Of a DNA stretch of 64,000 bases, positions 52,001 to 64,000 are shown piece after piece (the first letter of the stretch is position 1; every line of letters begins with the position of its first letter). The notes beneath the pieces are model-generated. The model was not told the origin of the DNA and ran no database searches. It saw nothing but the letters and a program-made list of their open reading frames with translations. The stretch spans positions 42,226,613-42,290,612 of the forward strand of contig NC_092397.1 of the NCBI RefSeq assembly GCF_030028105.1, read 5' to 3'. The position numbers and the translations under genes are program-made. This DNA comes from Mobula birostris (lineage: Eukaryota).

Positions 52001-53238
52001 CAGTCTGTGGTATAAATCTGTAGAACTGTCCTCGTTGAAATGTCCCTTTCACATTGTCTTCAGTCGAGGAAGGGTAAGGTCACTTTTTATCTCGAGCATA
52101 TCACGAATACTCAAACCTGGATTGATTGACTTGATCACCGCTTCCATCACCTCAGCCTCACTGTGTCCCCTACTCAGGCCTCTGTCAATCTGATGCATCA
52201 GGTTTGTGTATGACAGTGTGTCCTTCTGTCCCCTTTCCCCGATCTGACCCCAGATCTTGAATTCTCTCCTTATTGTCACTTCCGGGAGCCGGTTCGCAGC
52301 CGTAGACAGCACATTCTGTGGATCTGAAGCTTGACTTGAAGATGCCCTGTTCACTCTTTCATTCAGCCTCCTAACTCCATCCTGCAGAGCCTGACTGAGC
52401 TCGAAGTATTTTTCTGCCAAGCTCCTTCCTTCAGCTGTTCCCTGGCTGGTTTGTGCTGTGTTGTCTGTTTTTTCCCCATTACCAGTGTTTCCAGTATTTC
52501 CTCTCATTTGCTGAACTGATTCCATCATTGTCCTTAGATAACACTTCACAACATCCTCCTCTTCATCATTAATTGCATTGTCCATAGATTCAGTAATTAG
52601 TCTAATTAATGTTCGCCTTGTGGTAACATGTTCACATGGGATCTTAGCTTCCACGCCCACCTCTTTGAGCTGATCCAGTTGCAAAAGCCATAGTCTCTGA
52701 GACAAGGTCTCTGCCAACTCCTCCAGATCCATTATGTGTGAAGCAGCCGCGCCCCCGAAGCTGCGCGTTCCCGCTGTCCATCAAACGCGATCCTGTTGTT
52801 GCCACACTGAGCGACGTTAATTTTCACGGGTTTCGGCGCCAAATATTTGTTGCACATTTGGACACAAAAGGGACTTCCAGGCGTGCAGAAGGTTAAAAAT
52901 ATCGTCTTTATTTTCCTTTCTGGAAATACAGGAACACAAGCGCAATGGCTGACCGTGCATGCTGCGGGGCCGTCCCCGTCTACTGCATTACGTGCGCGCT
53001 CCCGTGCCCCCCCCCCCCAGACCCCTCAGCTGCCCCAAGTGCCTGGATAAGCTTTGCCCCTTGTAACCATCAACCAACCAATAAAATATCACCATTGCTA
53101 GTACAACTGAACATTAATCAAATTGTGAATGAACAAAATAACAAACCAAAGCAATAGAAATAATATGAACATTGTACAAGAAAATAGGGGGGTTATCCAG
53201 TGTCCATTAATCTGCTCCACATTACTATGGGTCCCACA
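49085..53238 (-). mobile_element. Gypsy LTR retrotransposon, internally deleted (gag, protease, integrase C-terminus)
   Basis: LTRs 49085-49467 and 52848-53238 (TG...CA); primer-binding site TGGCGCCGAAACCCGTGA (16/18 to tRNA-Phe) 52841-52824; polypurine tract GAAGGGGAGAG; gag from 52732 with a CCHC knuckle; ALWDTS protease; GGPGKLRSYW integrase tail. Confidence 0.95.
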
Positions 53239-53774
53239 GTCTACAACTTTCAGGATAAAAGCATTTCCTCACTGGTGTAATCTCACGTGAAAAATTACCA
53301 ATATTGAATATACATGTGAAAATAAAACTAGCTTTTTCGGCACGTTCTCAGATAGTGTCACAGAGTCTGAGCAAAGTACAGCACAGAAACAGGCCCTTCA
53401 GCCCATCAAGTCCATGCCAAACTATTTCAGCTGCCTTCTCCCATCGATCAGAGAAGATTCACGAGAATGATTCCAGGAATGAAAGGGTTACCGTATGAGG
53501 AACGTCTGGCAGCTCTTGGGCTGTATTCCCTGGAGTTCAGGAGAATGAGGGGGGGGGGGATCTCACTGAAACATTCCAAATGTTAAAAGGCCTGAACAGA
53601 TTAGATTTGGCAAAGTTATTTCCCATGGTAGGGGAGTCTAGGAAAAGAGAGCAGGACTTCAAGATTGAAGGAACAGAGATGAGTCGAAATTACTTTAGTC
53701 AAAGGGTGTTATGTCTGTGGAATTCGTTGCCACGAGTGGCTGCGGAGACCATGTCATCAGGTGCATTTAAGGCC

Positions 53775-54770
53775 CTTGTTGAGGACAGAACGTTCTCCCT
53801 CAGAGAGGGGAAGCTGAGAGGGGATGGTGAAGACATGGCAAGGGTTGGGGCTGGGGTCAGAGGAGGATAAAGAGTGGGAGGTCTCAGGAGGGGGGGGATT
53901 GGGATGTTCAGGGAGAGGTGGGTTAGGGGAGGATGAGGGATCAGAGGAATGGAGGGGATGAGGGGTAGAGGGTAGGTTGGGAGTCGCGGGGAGGATCGAG
54001 TATAGTGGAGGACTAAGGCGATCAGTAGGACCCAGGGGCAGTAAGAGTGGTCCTGGTCTGGAGAGAGTCAGGACCTCGGTCCGAGCCAGATCTGGAGCTG
54101 AGGGTGGCAGAGCCTGTGGCCTGCAGGGTGCCAGAATTCAGGTCCGAGTCGGAAGCCAGTGAGTCCATGGCCTACCGGGGGGCTGGTGCCCACGTCTGGG
54201 AGCCTGTGGTTCCAGTCGGGGTCAGAGTCAGAGGCAGATGGGTCTTCAGCCTGCCGAAGGCCCGAGAAGTTGAGGTCCATGGGGATAGGGTCCGGGCTGG
54301 AGGCAGTCGTTGTTGTGGGCTCCAGGCGGGCGAGCTTGTGGTCCTTCTTGGACGCGAGAAAGGAGAAGAAACGTCGGTTGGAGGCGTGAATCCGGCGGAG
54401 AATGAAGTGTAGGAGAGGTCCATGGCAGACGGTGGAGAGCGAGGCCCGGAGTAGTGGCAGAGAGAGGGACAGGGCCCGTAGGTATCTCCGCATGGCAGTG
54501 AGCATGGCACAGAAGATCCGGCGGGAGCAGTGGAGGAAGCAACGGTCATTGAAACGGAGGAACCTGGGACCTTCGCTGGGCCCTCGCTGGGAGGCCTGGA
54601 GCCAGAGCTGGAATCCCTGTGGTACAAGATGGCGGCGGAGACACGTTCCCAGGAAGGAGACGTGGCTGTGGTAGTGGGTCTGAGTCAGGATCTGGTCGAA
54701 GAATCGGAGAGAGGCGGAGATCACAGAGGGGGAACAGTGAGAGAGGGTCTCACTGAACTGTCGAAGGGAA
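53775..54770 (-). mobile_element. Penelope ORF N-terminal fragment
   Basis: HYHSHVSFLGTCLRRHLVPQGFQL motif; continues into the LSEAERS-type region at ~53790. Confidence 0.8.
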
Positions 54771-54771
54771 G

Positions 54772-56951
54772 TCCGTTCAGAGAAGCCTATTGGTTTTGCT
54801 TCACGTACCCTCACAACTGCAGAGAGGGGATAATCACAGCTAGAGAAAGCAGGTCTGGCCATTGTTTTTGCACTCAAACGCTTTCATCAGTACCTTTATG
54901 GACGCGCATTTACAAGTTATACGGACCACAAACCACTGATGAGCCTGTTCAGTGAGACGAGAGGCATCCCACCGCAGGTCTCAGCCAGGATACAGTGTTG
55001 GGCTCTTACCCTATCAGCCTCCCAGTACACTATAGTGTACAGAGCAGGTGGGAATAAAGCAAATGCTGATGCACTGAGTCGACTACCTTTACCTGAGACA
55101 CCTGTTACTACACATGTGCCTCCAGAGACTGTGTTTACATTGGAGAAGTTATCAGAGACACCCGTAAAGGCGACCCAGATCAAGCAGCGGACAGGGAGGG
55201 ACCCAGTCCTGTTCCAAGTCAAGACTTTTCTTTTACAAGGTTGGCCCAGAGTCGTGGAAGGAGAGGAACTGAGGCCTTATGCCAAACGCAAGACAGAACT
55301 CAGTCTGCAGGATGGCTGCATTTTCTGGGGGGTCGAGGGTCATCCTGCCTCCCCTGGCCGTTCACAGGTTGTGGAGAAAATTCATGAGGCTCACCCAGGA
55401 CTGTCTCGAATGAAAAGCCTTGCGAGATCCTATGTTTGGTGGCCAGGAATGGATCAGGATCTGGAGAACAAGGTAAAATCATGCACGCAGTGTCAGACTA
55501 ATCAGAATATGCCCCCACCAGCTCCTCTGCACCCATGGGAGTGGCCAGACCACCCCTGGTCGAGGCTACATTTGGACTTTGCTGGCCCTTTTATGGGGTA
55601 GATGTTTCTTGTCATGGTAGATGCGCATTCTAAACGGATCGAAGCTCACATCATGAGCAACATCACAGCCCCCTCAACCATAGACAAACCCAGGCAAGTG
55701 TTTGCAGTCCACGGGCTACCTGACACTCTGGTCACTGACAATGGCCCGACGTTCACTAGTGAACTGTTCAGTGAGTTCATGCAGCAGAATGGCACTCGTC
55801 ACATTCGGACGGCCCCTTTCCACCCAGCCTCAAATGGTTTGGCTGAGCGGGCTGTTCAGACAGTGAAGGCAGGTCTGAAGTGGATGATAGGGGACTCCCT
55901 TAGCATGTGGCTTTCACGTTTCCTGTTTAAATACCGCCTCACGCCACAGTCTACGACTGCCCGCACTCCAGCAGAGATGCTGATGAGGCGTAGGCCCAAG
56001 TCAAGATTGGACCTGCTGCGCCTGGACATGAAGGCGAAAGTGAAGAGAAAGCAGGAAAAGCAGAAGGAGGGACATGATCAACATGTGCGAGAGGGGCAGT
56101 TAAAACCGGATGACAATGTCTATGTGAGAAACAATCAGCAATGGCTGCCTGGGGTTATTCTTAAGCAGAGTGGTCCCGTCTCCTGTGTTGTTAAGCTGAC
56201 TGATGGGCGTGTTTTCCGCAGACATCAGGACCATGCGTGTCTGCGTCATGATACCGGCTCAGAGGCAGACAATTCCACAGAGTTTCCATTTGTGAGTCAG
56301 ACTACGGTGGAAGCATGTCCACCAGTGACTTTGCCAGAGGACGAGATGCTGGCAGAGGGGTCGGAGTCCCCTGAAGAGGACGGACATCCTCACGCAGACA
56401 CACAGACCCCTCTCATGCCCCCCACACCAGATTCACCCAAAACATCCCCACCAGCGGTGCCTGCTGGGTCACCGGGGCAGTGCGCAGATCACAGCGCACG
56501 CGTAAACCTCCTGACAGACTGAATCTTTGATTGGACAGTTTATTTTGTGTTGTTAGATTGAATGTTGAATCTGTCACATTTCCCAGATGTTTTGTATTGG
56601 TAAACTGTTGCTAAGGTACTAGTATAAGTTTACAGGGGTATGCAAGTTAACAACACCACTGTTTTTTTATTTCCTAGTATTTTACAATTGGGGATGTTGG
56701 ATTTCAAAGGGGGAGAAGTGTTGTAATGTGAGTGTAATTAAAAGTAAGTTAATACTGATTAGGGTATCGGGGGAGGGGGGTCTACTTCCGTTTGTTGTTC
56801 TTCCGGTGGCCCTCGTGTACATAGAGTTCCCGCCATCCCGTACGGGTTGTGAAACCCTCTGTATATACATAATGTTTTGAAGTTCGAGATAAAGTTTTTT
56901 CTTTGACATGAAGTTGTCGAGTGTGCCTTTTTCAAAGCAGCAGTTACCACA
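54772..56951 (+). mobile_element. Gypsy element 3' half (RNase H, integrase, 3' LTR)
   Basis: PIGFASRTL, TDHKPL, ADALSRLP, HHCC finger, LHLDFAGP / TDNGP / AER DDE core; in-frame stop at 55599; polypurine tract AAGGGGGAGAAG; LTR 56719-56951 TGTTGTAA...TTACCACA. Confidence 0.95.
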
Positions 56952-57104
56952 CATATATCCTACAATAGTCAAAGAAGCAAGTGAGCAGATTTCTGTGGAT
57001 TTGACAAGGAACAGTGTGTCCTAAATTACAACATGTGAGGTCCCACAGGACTGGAGTGTAGCAAATGCTACAGCTTTGATCAAGAAGGGAAACAACAAGA
57101 ATCC

Positions 57105-60100
57105 AGGAGCTGCAGCTCCTGAGGGACGGTGTTCGGGAACTGGAGATGCAGCTCGATGACCTTCATCTGGTCAGGGAAAGTGAGGAGGTGATAGAGAGGA
57201 GCTATAGGCAGGCAGTCACTCTGGGGCCTGGGGAGACAGAGAAGTGGGTAACAGTCAGGAGAGGGAAGGGCAAGAGACCGATGCTAGAGTGTCTATCACA
57301 CACAACAATAAGTACTCCTGTTTGAGTACTGTTGGGGGGTGGGGGAAACAGTCTACCTGGGGGAAACAACAGTGGCCACGCCTCTGGCACAGAGTCTGAC
57401 CCTGTGGCTCAAAAGGGCAGGGAAAGGAAGAGGATGGCAGCACTGATAGGGGACTCTATAGTTAGGGGTTTGGACAAGCGATTCTGTGGACGCAGGAAAA
57501 AAACACAGATGGTGATTTTGCCACCCAGGTGCCAGGGTCCAGGATGTTTCTAATCGCGTCCACGATATCTTGAAGTGGGAAGGAGAACAGCCAGAGGTTG
57601 TGGTACATATTGGTACCAATGACATATGTAGAAAAAGGGAGGAGGTCCTGAAAACAGACAATAGGGAGTTAGGAAGGAAGTTGAGCAGCAGGCACTCAAA
57701 GGTAGTAATCTCGGGATTACTGCCTGTGCCACGTGACAGTAAGTACAGGAATAGAATGAAGTGGAGGATAAATACCTGGCTGAGGGATTGGAGCAGGGGG
57801 CAGGGATTCAGATTTTTGGATCATTGGGACCTCTTTTGGGGCAGGTGTGACCTGTACAAAAAGGACGAGTTGCACTTGAATCCCAAGGGGACCAATATCC
57901 TGGCAGGGAGGTTTGCTAAGGCCACTGGGGAGAGTTTAAACTAGAATTGCTGGTGGGTGAGAACCGAACTGAAGTGATGGAGGAAAGGGAGGTTGGCACT
58001 CAAATAGAGAAAACTTGGAAAAGGAGAATAGGCAGGTGATAGAGAAGGGACACACTCAGACCAATGGTTTGAGGGCTGCAGAAAAGGAAGGAGTCATGGA
58101 GGGGTTGTCTACGGAGTCTCTTTGGGGAGAAGTTAGGAATAGGAAGGGGCCAATAACTCTATCGGGTGTTTTTTTATAGACCACCCAATAGTAACAGGGA
58201 CATCGAGGAGCAGATAGGGAGATAGATTGTGCAACTGTGTAACAACAACAAGGTTGTTGTGGGGGGAGATTTTAATTTGCCTAAATATTGAATGGCATCT
58301 TCCTAGAGTGAGGAGTTTAGATGGGGTAGAGTTTGTTAGGTGTGTTCAGGAAGGTTTCTTGACACAATATGTAGATAAGCCTGCAAGAGTAGAGGCTGTA
58401 CTTGATCTGGTATTGGGAAATGAACCTGGTCAGGTGTCAGGTCTCTCAGTGGGACAGCATTTTGGAGATAGTGATCACAATTCTATCTGCTTTAGCATAG
58501 TATAGGAGAGGGATAGGAACAGACAAGTTAGGGGAACATTTAATTGGAGTAAGGGGAAATATGAGGCTATCAGGCAAGAACTTGCAAGCATAAATTGGGA
58601 ACAGATGTTCTCAGGGAATATTCTAATGAGACAGGGAAAGGATGGGAGGGTACAGGTACCATGATGTACAAAGGCTGTTGAGGAGAAAAGAAGAGCTTAC
58701 GAAAGGTTCAGAAAACTAGGTAATACTATGAATCTAGAAGATTATAAAGATCGCAGGAAGGAGCTTAAGAATGAAATTAGGAGAGCCAGAAGGGGCCATG
58801 TGAAGGCCTTGGCAGACAGGGTGAAGGAAAACCCCAAGGCATTCTTCAAGTATGTGAAGAGCAAGAGGTTAAGACATAAGAGAATAGGACAAATCAAGTG
58901 TGACAGTGGAAAAGTGTGTATGGAACTGGAGGAGATAGCAGAGGTACTTAATGAATACTTTGCTTCAGTATTCACTACAGAAAAGGATCTTGGCGATTGT
59001 AGGTGTTGTAGCATGGATGAGATCATCGGAGAGACAGAATAACTGGTAGATACAAAGCAGCTTCTTTATTCGACACAACAAGGTACAGCAGGCATCATAC
59101 GAACAGAGACGCTTTCGGTAGAAAGGTCTGCGAGCCCAGTGCAGGCTCGATATTTATATGCTAAACACAAAGGCAATCGCTACTTAAAAATTTATAGAAA
59201 ATGCATAGAAAATGCTTCCACTCGAAGCTACATACAAAATATCACACCTTCTGACTTCATCCTTTCCTTCCGACGCCAACATGTCTGGGTTGGTATCCAC
59301 AACCTTCAGGAATGCAAGTTAAATCCACAATACATTTATTTGGCAACTAATATTTATAAAGTATAGATAGTATTGTCTTCGAAACTACAGCATCTGGTCA
59401 AACTACGGCGCCAGAAGCATCTGGTATTCACACCTTTTTAGGAAGCGCATTGTTGTGGACTCAATCCAAAGTACTTTGTCAAATAGAAACTGGTGGCCAA
59501 AGTCATTTAAGTGTAAACTAATCATCTACCCAAAAAAACTCAGTCTAACAGTAGGGATGACTTGCAGGCAACTAAAAAGCTTGAGCAGTTCGATATTAAG
59601 GATGTGCTGGAGCTTTTGGAAAGCATCAAGTTGGATAAGTCACTGGGACCGGACAGGATGTACCCCTGGCTACTGTTGGAAGTGAGGGAGGAGATGGCTG
59701 AGCCTCTGGCGATGATCTTTGCATCTTCAATGAAGGCAGGAGAGGTTCCAGAGGATTGGAGGGTTGGGGAAGTTGTTCCCTTATTCAAGAAAGGGAGTAG
59801 AGATAGCCCAGGAAATTATAGACCAGTGATTCTTACTTCAGTGTTTGGTAAGATGAGGTGAGATTTATGTACATGTGGAGAGGCATGATATGATTACGAA
59901 TAGTCAGCATGACTTTCTCAAAGGCAGGTCATGCCATATGAACCTGATCAAATTTTTTGAGGATTTCACTAAACACATTGATGAAGGTCAAGCAGTAGAT
60001 GTAGTGTATATGGATTTCAGCAAGGCATTTGCGAAGGTACCCCATGCAAGGCTTATTGAGAAAGTAAGGAGGCATAGGATCCAAGGGGACATTCCTTTGT

Positions 60101-61160
60101 GGATTCAGAATGGGCTTGCCCACAGAATGCAAAGCATGGTTGTGGATAGGTCATATTCTGCATGGAGGTCAGTGACCAGTGGTGTGCCCCGGGGATCTGT
60201 TCTGGGACCCCTACTGTTCATGATGTTTATAAATAACCTGAATGAGGAAGTGGAGGAATGGGTTAATAAATTTGCTGATGACACAAAGGTTGGAGGTGTT
60301 GTGGATAGTGTGGAGGGCTGTCAGAAGTGACAGCAGAACATTAGTAGGAAACAAAACTGGGCTGAGAAGTGGCCGATGGAGTTCAACCCAGATAAGGTTC
60401 AGTTAGGTAGGTCAAAAATGATGTCAGAATATAGCATTAATGGTAAGACTCTTGGCAGTGTGGAGGATCAGAGGGATCTTGGGGTCCATGCCCATAGGAT
60501 ACTCAAAGCTGCTAAGCAGGTTGATTCTGGTTAAAAAGGCATATGGTGCATTGGCCTTCATCAACCGTGGGATTGAGTTTAAGAGCCGAGAGGTAATGTT
60601 GCAGCTATATAGGACCCTGGTCAGACCCCACTTTGAGTACATGCTCAGTTCTGTTCTTCACTACAGGAAGGACGTGGAAACCATAGAAAGAGTGCAGAGG
60701 AGATTTACAAGGATGTTGCCTGGATTGGGGAGCATGCCTTATGAGAATAGGTTGAGTGAACTCGGCCTTTTCTCCTTGGAGTGACGGAGGATGAGAGGTG
60801 ACCTGATAGGGTGTACAAGATAATGAGAGGTGTTGATCGTGTGAATAGTCAGAGGTTTTTTCCCAGGGCTGAAATGGCTAACATGAGGGGGCATAGTTTT
60901 AAGGTGTTTGGAAGTAGGTACAGAGGAGATTTTTTTTTTAATAAACGCAGAGAGTGGTGAGTGCATGGACTTGGCTGCCAGTGACAGTGGTGGGGGTGGA
61001 AATGATACGGCCTCTTAAGAGACTCCTGGATGGAAACCTGGAGCTTAGAAAAATAGAGGGCTATGGGTAAGCCTAGGTAATTCAAAGGTGAGGACATGTT
61101 CGGTTCAGCTTTGTGGGCTGAAGGGCCTGTATTATGCTGTAGGTTTTCTATGTTTCTACA
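57105..61160 (+). mobile_element. Near full-length decayed CR1 (SGNH ORF1, endonuclease, RT, 3' end)
   Basis: [41 protein letters not shown]; TTTCTATG tail. Confidence 0.95.
59004..59550 (-). mobile_element. Solo LTR
   Basis: TGTTG...CTAACA termini; 5-bp TSD GTAGG at 58999-59003 and 59551-55; minus-strand TATA and AATAAA; interrupts a CR1 that resumes in register. Confidence 0.85.
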
Positions 61161-62089
61161 GGCAGGGCAGCCTCATTTCAGTGGTAGAGAAGCTACTGGG
61201 GAGGATATTGAGATACAGGATTTATGCACATTTGGAAAGGCATGGCCTGCTTAGGGACAATCAGCATGGTTTTGTGTGGGCAGATCACACTTGACAAAGT
61301 TGCTCGAGGTTTGTGAGGTGGTGATACAGACTATAAGATATAGGAGTGGAACTAGACCATTTGGCCCATCGAGCCTGCTCCGACATTTCATTGTGGCTGA
61401 TCCATTTTTCCTCTCAGCCCCAGTCTCTTGCCTTCTCCATGTGTCCTTTCATGCTCTGACCAATCAAGAATCTATCAATCTCTACCTTAAGTATACAAGA
61501 AGTCTTGGATAAAGAGCTGCCTGTGGCAATGAATTCCACAGATTCACCACTCTATGGCTCAAGAAATTCCTCATCTCCACATTCTACAAGGATCCTCTAT
61601 TCTGAGCCTGTGTCCTCTGGTCTTAGATACTCCCATCCTCTGCACATCCAATTTATCAAGGCCTTTCACCATTTGATATTCCAGTGAATACAGGCCCAGA
61701 GCCATTAAACACTCTTCATATGACAAGCCGTTTAATCCTGGAATCAACTTCCACAACGTCCTTTGAAACCCATCCAGTTTCACCCATCCTTCCCAAGATA
61801 AAGGGCCCAAAACTGCTCACAATACTCCAAGTGAGACCACACCAGTACTTTATAAATTCTCAACATTATTATGATTAAACATATATTGTGGGCTGAGGGG
61901 CAGGTTGCCATCTATTCCAAATTGTGTATTGACGAATATGTTTGATCTACCAGCTATTGCAGGGACATGGTTACAGAGACTGGGACTGGGAATTTGACCT
62001 TCCATCATGTTCAATGTTCCACACGGAATCGGCAAAATGGAAAGGAGCAGGGTGGACTTGTTCATAACGTGCTGGTGAGGGGGTGGATA

Positions 62090-62580
62090 GAGTGTCTATA
62101 GTATTTAGTCTCACTGGATGTTTTAATGTTTTATTGTTTTACAACGTTGAATCATAATGGATTTAATTGAAAACACTGATGTTCAGAAAAGACTGTGGTG
62201 TCGAAATGAGAAGAGCTTTACAAAGGGATTTAAACTAATTACAAATATAAACCACAAAATAATTGATGGATTAGTATTCACCTCCATCAATTCAGTAATT
62301 ATTTGATGCATCTTTGGCAATAATCATAGTAGACTCTGTGTGGATAGGTCTCTATCAGTTTTGCTCACCTGGTCACTGCAATTTTTCCCCTTCTTCTTTA
62401 CAAAACTGCTGAAGATCTGTCAGAATGCATGCAGTTTGTGCGTGAACTGTCCATTTCAAGTCCAGCCACAATTGAATTGAGGTCTGGACCATGACTTGGC
62501 CACTGCAGGACACTAACTTTGTTTTAAGGCATTCCTGTGTAGCTTTGGTTTTGTGCTTGCAGTCATTGGCTTCCGTCAAA
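62090..62580 (-). mobile_element. Tc1 3' fragment
   Basis: LWLDLKWTVH...LTDLQQFCKEE transposase C-terminus; decayed terminal repeat. Confidence 0.75.
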
Positions 62581-63139
62581 CTTAGTGTTCAGTTTGATCC
62601 ATCCAGGATGGTGTGTCGCCTCCTGGGTACCAGGGTCAGGTACGTCTGAGATATGCAGGATTTCCAAAAGATAGACTTGCCGGTAGAGTCGGTGGTAAGG
62701 AAGCCAAATGCAATGTTAGCAATCATTTCCAGAGGACTACTGCACAGAAGCAAGGATGTAATGCTGAGGATTGATGAAGCATTGGCTCAATCACACTTGG
62801 AGAACTGTGAACTCTTTTGGGCTCCTAATCTGAAAAAGTATGTGCTAGCATTGGAAAGGGTCTAGAGGAGGTTCACAAGAATGATCCCAGAAATGAAAGG
62901 GTTAATGCATGAGGACGTTTGATGGCTCTGGGCCTGTCTGTGCTCACTGGAGTTTAGAAGAAAGAGGGGATCTCATTGAAACCTAACAAATATCGAAAGG
63001 TCGAGATAGAGTGGACATGGTGAGGATGTTTCTGATAGTGGGGCATCTACAACCACAGGGAACGCCCTCAGAATACTAGAACATCCTGTTAGAACAAAGA
63101 TATGGAGTAATTTCCTTAGTAAGGGGGAATGAATCTGAG

Positions 63140-63940
63140 CAGCCTATGTCAGGATGCTGTTCATTGAATACAGCTCAGTGTTTAACCCCATCATTCCCAC
63201 AATCCTGATCAATAAGCTACAGAACCTGGTCCCTCTGCAATTGGATCCTCGACTTACTAACCGAGAGACCACAATCTGTGCAGATTGGTGATAATATCTC
63301 CCCCTCACTGATGATCAACACTGGTGCACCTCAGGGGTGTGTGCTTAGCCCACTGCTCTACTCTCTATATACCCATGACTGTGAGGCTACGCAGAGGTCA
63401 AATACAACCACTGTTGATAGAAACTCAGATGGAGATGAGAGGGCACAGAAGAATGAGATATACCAGCTGTGGTATCGCAGCGAGAACATTGCACTCAATG
63501 TCAGTAAGACAAAGGAGCTGATTGTCGACCTCAGGAAGGGTAAGACGAGGGAACACGAACAATCCTCATGGAGGGATCAGAAGTGGAGAGAGTGAACAAT
63601 TTCAAGCTCCTGGATATCAATATCACTGGGGATCTAAACTGGTCCCAACATATTGATGCAGCTACAGTATAAAGAGGGCAAGACAGTGGATACATCTCAT
63701 CAGGAGTTTGAAGATTTTTGGTCTGTCACTTTAAAACACTCAAAAACAGCTGCAGGTGTATTCAATGCATAGCATTTATAATACATATTATTTCTGTTTT
63801 TGCACTATAGTTAATCTACATAATTTACATATCCATATACACACATACTGATTTATTTATTATGAACTGCTGCTGCTACATTAACAAATTTCATGACACA
63901 CGCCGGTGGTAACAAACCTGATTCTGGTTCTGACTCTGAA
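63140..63940 (+). mobile_element. Rex1 RT fragment and 3' tail
   Basis: [37 protein letters not shown]. Confidence 0.85.
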
Positions 63941-64000
63941 TTCATCCCCACAGACGGCTGCGGCCAATTCACTGAGTATATTTCATGTGGAGCTTCTCGA

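Noticed and set aside
54068-54877. 269-aa ORF as a novel gene
   Set aside because: Penelope N-terminal coding sequence extended by chance into antisense Gypsy RNase H sequence

Overview
Eukaryotic, repeat-dense vertebrate DNA. The repeat families (CR1 with SGNH ORF1, V-SINE/HE1-type SINEs, Penelope, Rex1) point to a cartilaginous fish, probably a ray; this is inference. Host genes: an intact replication-dependent histone H3 (H3.2 type) and an intact H4, both on the minus strand with TATA boxes and 3' stem-loops, and a spliced TMEM244-like (SYS1 family) gene on the minus strand at ~35.9-48.6 kb that the ORF track misses. Decayed histone units: an H1 C-terminal tail fused in frame to a Rex1 fragment, an orphan H4 promoter joined to a Penelope element, and an H3 pseudogene. 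Two homologous CpG-rich promoter/first-exon modules face each other across the histone genes. The rest is nested transposons: CR1, Rex1, L1, Nimb/I, RTE, Penelope with hammerhead-ribozyme motifs and fold-back mini-elements, two Gypsy elements, a solo LTR, Tc1 and hAT. A direct segmental duplication links ~15.6-18.4 kb with ~57-64 kb. All calls were made by eye; boundaries of decayed repeats are approximate.
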